A DNA stretch of 64,000 bases from Nitrospirota bacterium (GTDB lineage: Bacteria > Nitrospirota > Nitrospiria > Nitrospirales > Nitrospiraceae). The stretch is from positions 256,001 to 320,000 of the forward strand of contig CAVPGK010000017.1 of NCBI GenBank assembly GCA_963703955.1, written 5' to 3'. Shown here piece after piece: positions 32,956 to 41,815 of this stretch. Numbering within the stretch: position 1 is the first letter of the stretch; each line of letters begins with the position of its first letter. The position numbers and the translations under genes are program-made. The notes under the pieces were generated by a model. That model saw only the letters and a program-made list of their open reading frames with translations, was not told where the DNA came from and made no database searches.

Positions 32956-33648
32956 ATGTCTGAGAACAAAGATGCGCTGAAGAAGATGGCCGCGGAGGCG
33001 GCCATTGAGTATGTGCGCGACGGAATGGTCGTGGGATTGGGGACCGGCTCGACGGCAAAGCACGTGGTTCTCGGCTTGGGGGAGCGGGTCAGGACAGGAT
33101 TGAACATTCGGGGGGTACCCACTTCCCGTGAGACCGCTGAGTTAGCCAGAAAGAACGGCATTCCCCTCATCGAGACCGACGATGCCTGGGTCATCGACGT
33201 GGGGATCGACGGCGCGGATCAAGTCGATCCTCGGCTCAATCTCATCAAAGGTGGTGGTGGCGCGCTCCTACAAGAAAAGATCGTTGCCGCCGCGGCTCGT
33301 CAACTGATTATCGTCGTGGACCATGCGAAACGGGTTCCGGTGTTAGGTCATCCGTGTCCGCTACCTGTCGAGGTGGTGCCGTTCGGCTGGGGAAGCACCG
33401 CTCGCCAGATCGAAATGCTCAGGATGAAGACCGTGATTCGTCAGCGAGACGGGCATTATTTCAAAACAGACGCAGGTCACTATATCCTAGATTTACAAGT
33501 TGATCGAATCGACGATCCCGCCCGGTTGGAAGCTCGCCTCGCCGCGATTCCCGGCGTGGTGGAGACAGGGCTTTTTGTCGGCAGGACAGATATCCTGATC
33601 GTGGGAACTCCCGGTGGTGTTGAGGTGCAGAAAGCGGCGAAGCGGTGA
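32956..33648 (+). CDS. rpiA: Ribose-5-phosphate isomerase A
   Basis: GLGTGST, DGADQVD, IKGGGGALLQEK, PGVVETGLF. Confidence 0.95.
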   Translation: MSENKDALKKMAAEAAIEYVRDGMVVGLGTGSTAKHVVLGLGERVRTGLNIRGVPTSRETAELARKNGIPLIETDDAWVIDVGIDGADQVDPRLNLIKGGGGALLQEKIVAAAARQLIIVVDHAKRVPVLGHPCPLPVEVVPFGWGSTARQIEMLRMKTVIRQRDGHYFKTDAGHYILDLQVDRIDDPARLEARLAAIPGVVETGLFVGRTDILIVGTPGGVEVQKAAKR

Positions 33649-33692
33649 CCCGACCGGCCGAGGGCGGAAGGATTCAGCGGGTCAGAGAGTTG

Positions 33693-36470
33693 ATGTCCGC
33701 GATTCGGTCGCAGCAGGCCATTAGCCGACGCCGTGCCCTGTCCTTCCTCGTCAGAGTCGCTCACGCCCTGATCGGGCTCCACTGCCTTGGTTCGATCGGC
33801 GAAGCCTGTGTCGGCGGGCGGCCTTTCCTTACAACACGACGACCCCCTGGAGAAGATATGGAACAGAAACCGGTATCACAACGAGCTATGAACCCGTACC
33901 GATTGCCCCAGCATGTCATTCCCACGCGATATGACTTGCGTCTGGAGCCGGATCTGAAGGCCTTCACGTTTCGCGGGGAAGAAACCGTCACACTGACGAT
34001 CAACGAAGCGACGTCCGAGATCGTGCTGAACGCGGTCGAATTGCAGATTCTCGACGTGGTGATCGAACAGGACGACGCCCGTACTTCACATCGCGCAGTC
34101 ATCGAGCCGGAAGAGTCCACGGAGCGTTGCCGGTTCAGATTTCCCGCAGTGCTGCAACCGGGGACGTGGCGTCTCACCCTGTCGTTCCGAGGGACGCTCA
34201 ACGACAAGCTTCGCGGGTTTTATCGCAGCGTGTATCACGATTCTAATGAGAAAGAACAGCCGCTCGCAGCTACGCAGTTCGAGGCCACCGATGCGCGCCG
34301 GTGCTTTCCGTGTTGGGACGAACCCGCGTTCAAAGCGGTCTTTTCGGCGACACTGGCCATCGACCCTGCGATGACGGCCGTGTCCAATACCGCAGTGGTG
34401 TCTGAACGCCTTGAGGACGGAAAGAAAGTCCTGCGGTTTGCGGAGACGATCCGCATGTCCACGTATCTCGTCGCGTTCGTCGTCGGTGCGCTTGAAGCCA
34501 GTGAGCCGGTCTCGATAGGACGGACACCGCTCAGGATCTGGGGCGTGCCGGGCAAGCGTCATCTCGCATCATTCGGGCAGGAAATCGGGGCCTTCTCTCT
34601 CCGATTCTTTGAAGACTACTACGGCATCCCCTACCCCGGCGACAAGCTCGATCTTCTGGCGATTCCGGATTTTGCCTCCGGCGCGATGGAAAATCTAGGC
34701 GCGATCACGTTTCGCGAGACTGCGTTGCTGGTGGATCAGCGGGCGGCCACACATGCCGAACTGGAGCGAGTAGCCGACGTTGTGGCCCATGAGAATGCCC
34801 ACATGTGGTTCGGCGATCTCGTTACGATGTCCTGGTGGAACGGGCTGTGGCTCAACGAAGCCTTTGCCACCTTCATGGAGATGATGGCCGTCGATGCGTG
34901 GAAGCCGGAGTGGCAACGATGGACAACGTTCGGCGTGTCACGCGCGGCGGCAATGATCGTGGATGGCCTGCACAGCACAAGGCCGATTGAGTACCCGGTC
35001 CAGGCCCCAAAGGACGCCGAGGCCATGTTCGACGTGCTGACCTACGAGAAAGGCGCGTCGGTCTTGCGCATGTTGGAACAGTACATCGGTCCCGCCGTCT
35101 TCCGCCAGGGCGTGCGCGAGTACTTGCGGACCCATGCGTACCACAATGCCGACACCGGCGATTTGTGGATCGCGCTGGGCCAGGCGGCCAAGCAGCCGGT
35201 CCCGAAAGTCATGGATGGCTGGATTTTCAAATCCGGCTATCCGATGCTCACGGCCAAGATTGACCAAGGGCGTCTCGTGGTTGCGCAACAACGCTTCACG
35301 TACCTGCCAAAGTCCCCGAAGGGATTTAAGACCAACGCCAAGCAACGCTGGCAGATCCCCATTCAGGTCCGTATCGTCTCGAAGGGGAAAACGGAGACTC
35401 GGCGCGTGCTGCTCAAGGAAAAAGAGACGTTGATTGACCTACCGAAGAATTTCGACTCGGTCTTGCTGAACGATGGCGGCCATGGCTTCTACCGCATCCA
35501 ATACACACCGGACCTGCTGGAACGCCTTGTGAGGCAGTTGCCCGACGGCTTGGCGCCGATCGACCGGTTCAATCTTGTGAACGATGCCTGGGCGGCGGCC
35601 GTGGCCGGGCTCATGCCCCTCCCGGAGTATCTTGACTTGACGGCGCGGTTCCGCGCAGAGCGCGACAAGAATGTCTGGGTCACGCTCCTCGATTCGTTGC
35701 ATATGTTGAACCGGATCATCACACCGGCCGATCGTCCGAAACTGGAGGCGCTGGTGCGCGATCGCCTTGACCCCGCCGTGGGTGAGCTGGGTTGGGCGCC
35801 TGCCGCCGGCGAGAGCGACCTGACGAAACAATTGCGAGCGGATCTGGTCCGCGCCTTAGGGACGATGGGAAATGACTCTCGGATCCAAACTCGCGCCGTC
35901 GAGCTGTACGCCGCGTACACCCACGACGCGGCTGGTGGCAAGACCATCGATCCGAATATGGTTCCATCCATGATCGCGATCTTGGCCTTTACAGGAGATC
36001 GGCAACGTTACGACGAGTTCTTCCAGAAGTTTCGCTCGGCGGCTACCCCTCAGGAGGAGCGGCGTTATCTTTACTCCCTGGCTGCATTCCGACCGACGGA
36101 ACTCATCGATCAGACGCTGGCCCGCGCGATCAACGGCGATTTCCGGACCCAGGATGCACCGTTCATGGTCAGCGCGCTAATGGGAAGCGTGTACGGGCGC
36201 GAGCGCGCGTGGGGGTTCGTGAAGCAGAATTGGGAGACCATGGACCGACTCTTCCCCAAGAGCGGGTTGCGCCGCATGTGTGGCGGCATCGTCGGCCTGG
36301 TCACCCCCGAGCTCGAACAGGATGTCCGAAGATTTTTCGAAGAGCGAAAAATTGATCTGGGCGGGAAAACGCTAGAGCAGTATTTGGAGCAGTTGCACAT
36401 CGGCGTGACGCTACGGGAACGGGAGACGAAGACACTGAACAAATACTTGGAGAGGTTTAAGACGAAGTAG
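33693..36470 (+). CDS. M1 family aminopeptidase with ERAP1-like C-terminus, alternative start at 33858
   Basis: TQFEATDARR, GAMEN, HENAHMWFG, LWLNEAFA, YEKG. Confidence 0.93.
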   Translation: MSAIRSQQAISRRRALSFLVRVAHALIGLHCLGSIGEACVGGRPFLTTRRPPGEDMEQKPVSQRAMNPYRLPQHVIPTRYDLRLEPDLKAFTFRGEETVTLTINEATSEIVLNAVELQILDVVIEQDDARTSHRAVIEPEESTERCRFRFPAVLQPGTWRLTLSFRGTLNDKLRGFYRSVYHDSNEKEQPLAATQFEATDARRCFPCWDEPAFKAVFSATLAIDPAMTAVSNTAVVSERLEDGKKVLRFAETIRMSTYLVAFVVGALEASEPVSIGRTPLRIWGVPGKRHLASFGQEIGAFSLRFFEDYYGIPYPGDKLDLLAIPDFASGAMENLGAITFRETALLVDQRAATHAELERVADVVAHENAHMWFGDLVTMSWWNGLWLNEAFATFMEMMAVDAWKPEWQRWTTFGVSRAAAMIVDGLHSTRPIEYPVQAPKDAEAMFDVLTYEKGASVLRMLEQYIGPAVFRQGVREYLRTHAYHNADTGDLWIALGQAAKQPVPKVMDGWIFKSGYPMLTAKIDQGRLVVAQQRFTYLPKSPKGFKTNAKQRWQIPIQVRIVSKGKTETRRVLLKEKETLIDLPKNFDSVLLNDGGHGFYRIQYTPDLLERLVRQLPDGLAPIDRFNLVNDAWAAAVAGLMPLPEYLDLTARFRAERDKNVWVTLLDSLHMLNRIITPADRPKLEALVRDRLDPAVGELGWAPAAGESDLTKQLRADLVRALGTMGNDSRIQTRAVELYAAYTHDAAGGKTIDPNMVPSMIAILAFTGDRQRYDEFFQKFRSAATPQEERRYLYSLAAFRPTELIDQTLARAINGDFRTQDAPFMVSALMGSVYGRERAWGFVKQNWETMDRLFPKSGLRRMCGGIVGLVTPELEQDVRRFFEERKIDLGGKTLEQYLEQLHIGVTLRERETKTLNKYLERFKTK

Positions 36471-36573
36471 CGGGCTCTCAAGATGGTGCATGGCAGACCC
36501 TGCTTCTTCTGCTTTGCCTCTTCCCCTGCTCATCCTGCTCATATGGTGTTCAAGGAAAAGGGGGTTACGAGAG

Positions 36574-37437
36574 ATGGTCAAGTCACTATTGGCTATGCTA
36601 GGGCTAACGAAGGTAGTACGTAAAATCCTCATCAGAATGGGATACTCGTGGTTAGAATGGTACCCTTACATCGGCGTTGACATGGAAGGTCTCATACCTC
36701 CACGCGAATTATGGGAGGGAGCGGGAGCGGAGGAGGACCCACTGAGCAATTATTTGCGATGGACGTATCACTTTCGTGTTTTTTTACTAGTGTTCTGCGA
36801 GATGCGAGAGGACAGTTCAGTTTTAGAGTTAGCCTGCGGTGCCGGGAGAACGATGTTGGGCATCCGACATTATCTGAGGCCTCCAGGCAGGTACGAGGGC
36901 CTCGACATTTCAGCTAAGCAGATCGAATTCGCACAGAGAAACATTCATAGAAGGTCCCACATTTTTAATTTCACACAAGCCGACATATACAACGGGCTCT
37001 ACAATCCAAAGGGACGGCTAAAGGCAGAGAGTTATCAATTCCCGTATCCAGATGACTGTTTTGATATTGTTTACGCGGCTTCGCTTTTCACTCACCTGCT
37101 TCCCGATGAGAGTGTCAATTACTTTAGGCAGAGTAGACGCGTGTTGCGAAAAGGAGGGAAGTGCCTTTTTAGCTTTTTCATTCTGGACTGGTACAGGGGA
37201 GCAGGCGCCTCATTCGGGCCAGGTTTCCAATTTGATCACCCTTTACAAGGCTTTGAGGGTGTCGCGGTTTACGATCCTAAGGTGCCTGAGGCTGTGATCG
37301 CCTACAGGACTTCCCTTATTGAGAAGATGGCTTCGAATAATGGCTTGAAAGTCACACGTGTCATCCCAGGATATTGGTCGCGTAGTCACAAATGGAGTGT
37401 GTTTGAGCAGGATCTCGTACTTCTTGAGGCTGTTTAA
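36574..37437 (+). CDS. Class I SAM-dependent methyltransferase, start uncertain
   Basis: VLELACGAGR, YEGLDIS, FDIVYAASLFTH, and visibly AT-richer than its flanks. Confidence 0.85.
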   Translation: MVKSLLAMLGLTKVVRKILIRMGYSWLEWYPYIGVDMEGLIPPRELWEGAGAEEDPLSNYLRWTYHFRVFLLVFCEMREDSSVLELACGAGRTMLGIRHYLRPPGRYEGLDISAKQIEFAQRNIHRRSHIFNFTQADIYNGLYNPKGRLKAESYQFPYPDDCFDIVYAASLFTHLLPDESVNYFRQSRRVLRKGGKCLFSFFILDWYRGAGASFGPGFQFDHPLQGFEGVAVYDPKVPEAVIAYRTSLIEKMASNNGLKVTRVIPGYWSRSHKWSVFEQDLVLLEAV

Positions 37438-37548
37438 GACTCGTCCTCTCTGCAGGTCAAAGGAAGTTGAGGGTTCAAGGAAATAAAGGCGTCAGACTGA
37501 GCTCAAGGAATTTGAGGGGGGGGTCAGACCCAATGCTGTCCAAAATAA

Positions 37549-37755
37549 CTGGGGCTTCCTCCACGGCTCCGAGGGGTGTTCCGCCGAATCCAGAAGAATC
37601 CACTTCAGTTTCCACGGTTGGAAAGTGAAGTTCGTCGTGCGCTTCTTCGCCGCTTCCCTTATGGTGTGTACTTCCTTGAGGAATCAGAGGAGATCAAGGT
37701 TCTGGCAGTTCTGCACCTGCACCGCCAGCCTGACATGTGGAAGAGTCGCAAGTGA
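37549..37755 (+). pseudogene. N-terminally truncated RelE/ParE family toxin
   Basis: Hand translation ...VFRRIQKNPLQFPRLESEVRRALLRRFPYGVYFLEESEEIKVLAVLHLHRQPDMWKSRK*, with an in-frame TAA at 37546. Confidence 0.75.
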
Positions 37756-37928
37756 CAGGGATCGCGGATTAGGTCAAGCAGAATTGCGGTTGGGTTGGCT
37801 CGCCAGGTGCATCATTGTGAGAACGTGGTTTGAGGAGTGAGGAGAACTGATTGACATTGTAGACGTTCCGACCAGGTTGCTTTTCACATGACGCAAACAA
37901 TCACACCATTTCGGGTGCCTATTCCAAG

Positions 37929-38377
37929 TTGGGCGTCATCAAGGCGCGCCCGCTGAGAGGACCTCAACGACTACGTCGAAAGGAGTGCGACATGATCGGT
38001 GTATTCGTTACATTCCGCTATGGAGACAACTTCGATGAGCGAGCCGTGCGGAAGATCGCTGAGACCGCACGCGTAAGGTTTGAAGGAATGCCGGGGCTAC
38101 GCTCAAAGGCTTTCACGCTCAATTCCGGGAAGCGTGAGGCCGCGAACTTCTACGTTTGGGATTCAGAGGAGGCCGCCAAAGCGTTCTTCACTGATGAGCT
38201 ACTCGAGCGGGTAGCCGGTCTCTACGGTGTGCGCCCTAGCGTCGAGTTCGTGCAGATTGCCACCCTCGTGGAAAATATCCGGCCGTGACGTGGTCCAGGG
38301 ATGACGCCCAACCCGTCGATGCACCGGACCCGCTACAGCGGGCTTCGCCCGCTTTCGCGGGCCGGTGATCTCTAGCG
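37929..38377 (+). mobile_element. Integron gene cassette
   Basis: Starts at G/TTGGGCGTCATC (37928..37940), whose exact reverse complement GATGACGCCCAAC (38300..38312) opens the downstream attC. It contains a single ORF. Confidence 0.85.
37992..38288 (+). CDS. YdhR-like dimeric alpha/beta-barrel protein (putative monooxygenase), cassette cargo
   Basis: MPGLRSKAF, NFYVWDSEEAAKAF, SD AAGGAG. Confidence 0.75.
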   Translation: MIGVFVTFRYGDNFDERAVRKIAETARVRFEGMPGLRSKAFTLNSGKREAANFYVWDSEEAAKAFFTDELLERVAGLYGVRPSVEFVQIATLVENIRP

Positions 38378-38383
38378 TTAGGC
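38306..38383 (+). mobile_element. attC recombination site
   Basis: R'' GCCCAAC, L'' GATGCACC (one extra G), central palindrome, L' GGTGATC, R' GTTAGGC. Confidence 0.9.
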
Positions 38384-38387
38384 GCTG

Positions 38388-38621
38388 ATGACCGCTTCTG
38401 AGGATTGGATGTACGGAGTCGCTGTCCGTCACGAAACGGGCCTATGGCTCCTTTGCCGCATTCGAAGGTCGAGGAAAGGCGATGTTTACTTACTCATTCC
38501 GCGCGATGAACATGGGTGGGACTTGTACAAAGCACGAAGCGAGACATCGTCGAAGCATAGATGCGGGCATAACCGGCAGTTCACCCCACTACTGTCCAAA
38601 GAAAATCTGGCTTGTTCATGA
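38388..38621 (+). CDS. Hypothetical protein, probable truncated second cassette
   Basis: ATG 4 nt after the GTTAGGC core site, and no closing attC seen. Confidence 0.45.
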   Translation: MTASEDWMYGVAVRHETGLWLLCRIRRSRKGDVYLLIPRDEHGWDLYKARSETSSKHRCGHNRQFTPLLSKENLACS

Positions 38622-38725
38622 CGGATCCCATGTCGCTATGCGATGAAATAAGAGATCATCATGCGATAGAAACTTTCGTATGCCCTTCCGTCGTCCACAT
38701 TCGATAGACGCAAGGAGGCGCCACG

Positions 38726-39694
38726 ATGAAAACGACTAGGTTCTCCTTAATCGTGACAGGGCTTACTCTCTCAATCCTCTTTGTGTTCAGTGTACAACCG
38801 CTCCGGGCCGAAAGCCTGTACATTAGCAGTGTCGGTACTGATAGCGTTCTCCAGTTCGACGGGATAACAGGGGCATCTATCGGAACCTTTGTCCCCGCCG
38901 GCAGCGGTGGATTGGACAACCCCGGAGGCTTAGCCTTTGGGCCTGACAACAATCTTTATGTCAGCAGCCGAGCGACGAATAATGTGTTGCGATACAACGG
39001 CGTGACCGGTGCATTTGTCGATGTCTTTGTACCCTCAGGCAGTGGAGGTCTCGCGCAGCCTGTCGACCTTGCGTTTGGTCCTGACGGCCACCTCTATGTC
39101 TCGAACTTCGCAGGTATTCCTGACAACATCTTGCGCTATAACGGAATGACGGGGGCATTCATCGACATCTTTGCCACCGAGGCTACATTCAACACTCCCC
39201 GGCATGTCGAATTCGCGAATGGCATCCTGTGGGCTAGCGGTGAAGCGGACAGAATCTGGCGCTTCGATGCGACAACAGGAGCCTTCATCAATAAGCCGCT
39301 ATCCGACAATCCGCGTGGGTTGACCTTAGGGCCCGATGGCCACATGTATGTGAGCACGTCATTTTCAGGGATTTTTCGTCACGATAGCGGGACGGGCCTG
39401 TTGATCGACACCTTTATCCCGGGTCCATTACCACTAGGCGATAATGACTTAGCATTTGGCCCCGACGGACATCTGTATGTGAGCGGTGGTGACCGGGTGA
39501 GGCGCTTTGACGGCACAACCGGCGCGTTTATCGATAACTTCGTCTTGGCCAGCAGTGGTGGGCTGAGTGATGGCCGATATTTCACCTTTAGCTCGCAGGG
39601 GATTATTCCGGAACCCAACACGCTGGTTCTTCTGGGTTCGGGTTTGATAGGGCTGGTTGGCTTCCTTAAGAGGCGACCAAGGCCTGACCTGTAA
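38726..39694 (+). CDS. PEP-CTERM protein with NHL/Vgb-like beta-propeller repeats
   Basis: Signal peptide, repeated LAFGPDGHLYVS, C-terminal IPEPNTLVLLGSGLIGLVGFLKRR. Confidence 0.9.
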   Translation: MKTTRFSLIVTGLTLSILFVFSVQPLRAESLYISSVGTDSVLQFDGITGASIGTFVPAGSGGLDNPGGLAFGPDNNLYVSSRATNNVLRYNGVTGAFVDVFVPSGSGGLAQPVDLAFGPDGHLYVSNFAGIPDNILRYNGMTGAFIDIFATEATFNTPRHVEFANGILWASGEADRIWRFDATTGAFINKPLSDNPRGLTLGPDGHMYVSTSFSGIFRHDSGTGLLIDTFIPGPLPLGDNDLAFGPDGHLYVSGGDRVRRFDGTTGAFIDNFVLASSGGLSDGRYFTFSSQGIIPEPNTLVLLGSGLIGLVGFLKRRPRPDL

Positions 39695-39768
39695 GTTGTC
39701 CCGTGCGTCGATTAGCGCGGCAGGTTCGGGGCTAACCACAGTCTGATGATTCTTGTTCCTGCATTCAG

Positions 39769-40263
39769 GTGAACGCTTTAGAATCCTCTCAGTCTTCCAC
39801 AGGCCTCTGGTTCATCATCATTTTCAAGTATCTACAAACGCTCCTGTTCCTCGCGTTAGGATTCGAGATGTTTCGTTTGTTGCATGAGGATATCGCCGCG
39901 ACCCTGATGTATTGGATTCGCGCTCTGCATGTGGACCCCGATAATCGGTATATCCATGGACTGTTCGTGCAGGTCACGGGAGTTGACCAGAAGATGCTCG
40001 TCGAGATGAGCGTCGGGTCCTTCTTCTACGCGGCGCTGATGTTGACGGAAGGCATTGGGCTCATGCTGGGCGCCCGCTGGGTCTCGTATCTGGTCGTGAT
40101 CGAAACGAGTGGCTTCATCCCCATAGAGCTCTACGAAGTCCTGGAGCAAGCGAGTCTCACGAGAGTGGTTGCGCTCAGTAGTAACATCGCCATCGTCTGG
40201 TACTTGGTCATGAGATTAAGAGAGGATCGTGCCGGCCCAAGGCAGATGTCACTGGCCCAATAG
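39769..40263 (+). CDS. DUF2127 family membrane protein
   Basis: IIIFK, YAALMLTEGIGL, FIPIELYE, NIAIVWYL. Confidence 0.75.
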   Translation: MNALESSQSSTGLWFIIIFKYLQTLLFLALGFEMFRLLHEDIAATLMYWIRALHVDPDNRYIHGLFVQVTGVDQKMLVEMSVGSFFYAALMLTEGIGLMLGARWVSYLVVIETSGFIPIELYEVLEQASLTRVVALSSNIAIVWYLVMRLREDRAGPRQMSLAQ

Positions 40264-40344
40264 ATTGATCCGAGTCCCTTATCAAGGTCCTTCATGGAAT
40301 TCGGTAATCGCGACGATGGGGCGCCAGTAGTTGACAGGATCAGC

Positions 40345-41676
40345 TTATGGAGAGTTAGGGGCCGATGAAAACGTTCCTTGTCGGCCGACCTTGCGGCTGA
40401 ACCAAACGGAAAAGAGGGCTAAGACAAACAGTACGAGGCCGATGCCGATGACCCCCGCGCGTTCATTGAGTTCTTGAGTGATCCATCCGAAGACCGCCAT
40501 GCCGGCCATGGAGGTGGCGGTGGCAATCGCCGTATAGATTGCCATCGTGCGTCCGACCATGGTGGCCGGCGACACCTCTTGGAGAATCCCCCACGCGATC
40601 GGCGTCAACGTGCCGATCCCCATGCCGATGATCCCCACGAGTACCGTGGCGACCAGGAGATTCTGAGACCAGACCAGTCCGCAGACGGCGGCGCCCGCGA
40701 TCGCACTCGACACCGCGATGGTCTGAACCCGGCTGCTTAGATTCCATTCCGTCAGCCACACAAGCAACACCGAGACGACAAACAGGCCGATGCCGAGCCA
40801 TGACCAGAGATATCCGACCTCGACAGGACCCAGGTCCAACATGGCCCTCCCAAAGACCGGGAACAGCGTGGTGAAGGCGCCGGTGGCGAACGTGTACAGG
40901 GAAGCCATGAGGATGAGGAAGAGAATAGTGCGCTGTGTGACCAGGGCGTACCGGATTACCTCCGCCAGGTCACGGATGGTCATGGCGAGCGCATTGCCTG
41001 TGTATTGGGACGGCGCGACCCGTGGAAGACGAATCGGCAACAGGCAGGCCGCCGATGCCAGATAGGTGAGCGCGTTGAAGCAGAGCACCTCCTGCGAGCC
41101 GGATGCGGCAATGCCAAGGCCGCTGAGGGCCGGCCCCACGGCGATACCGATACTAGTCGTACTCTGCAGCAGGGCGTTGGCAGCCGTAAACTGGGGACGC
41201 GAGACCATAAACGGGACGGACGCGGATAGCGTGGGAACAAACATTGCCGTGGCGGTGCCGTAGAGAAAGACCAGAACGTAGAGATAGTCGACGGTAAAAT
41301 TTTCAACCGAGACCAAGCATGGGATCAAGCCGATCAAGACGGCTCGAGCGATGTCGCTTCCGATCAAGATCGCTTTCTTGGGTAATCGATCGACACACAC
41401 TCCGATCACGGGGCTGAACAGAATCGGCGGGAGCGTCTGCAAGAGGCCGATCACAGTGGTCTTGAGCGCTGAGCCGGTGATCGAATAGACGAACCAGAGC
41501 AGGGCGAGCTTACTGACGCCATCAGCGACCTGTGACAGCATTTGACTCCACCAAACCAGGCCAAAGTCTCGCGTGAGGAGCCATCGCCTTCTCATCACAG
41601 CAGACGATCTCTCAACCTGGACATGAGAGAATCCCTTCTGCTCAACTCCAATAAGCTGATTTTCAATCAACCCCAT
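40345..41676 (-). CDS. MFS transporter (DHA3-like), copy 1
   Basis: About 12 TM segments, GVCVDRLPKK motif A, SD AGGAGG. Confidence 0.9.
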   Translation of the reverse strand: MGLIENQLIGVEQKGFSHVQVERSSAVMRRRWLLTRDFGLVWWSQMLSQVADGVSKLALLWFVYSITGSALKTTVIGLLQTLPPILFSPVIGVCVDRLPKKAILIGSDIARAVLIGLIPCLVSVENFTVDYLYVLVFLYGTATAMFVPTLSASVPFMVSRPQFTAANALLQSTTSIGIAVGPALSGLGIAASGSQEVLCFNALTYLASAACLLPIRLPRVAPSQYTGNALAMTIRDLAEVIRYALVTQRTILFLILMASLYTFATGAFTTLFPVFGRAMLDLGPVEVGYLWSWLGIGLFVVSVLLVWLTEWNLSSRVQTIAVSSAIAGAAVCGLVWSQNLLVATVLVGIIGMGIGTLTPIAWGILQEVSPATMVGRTMAIYTAIATATSMAGMAVFGWITQELNERAGVIGIGLVLFVLALFSVWFSRKVGRQGTFSSAPNSP

Positions 41677-41815
41677 GACCTCCTACTCCGATCGGAACGG
41701 CGGCTCGTCCCGGTTTGACTTTAGCTTGACTGTCCTGTGATGGCGAGATGAGCCGAGTCGTGGCTGAGCGGATTATGAAGGATGGGAGAGAGAGTTGCCA
41801 CTCCGGAATGCAATA

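Noticed and set aside
36455..37440. 9-bp direct repeat GTTTAAGAC flanking the methyltransferase as a target-site duplication
   Set aside because: No terminal inverted repeats or transposase, both copies lie at gene ends, and chance is plausible
37603..37630. Hairpin resembling a third parS
   Set aside because: It does not match the 16-bp parS consensus and lies within the ParE coding fragment
37851..37880. TTGACA as cassette promoter Pc
   Set aside because: No acceptable -10 hexamer at 16-18 nt spacing
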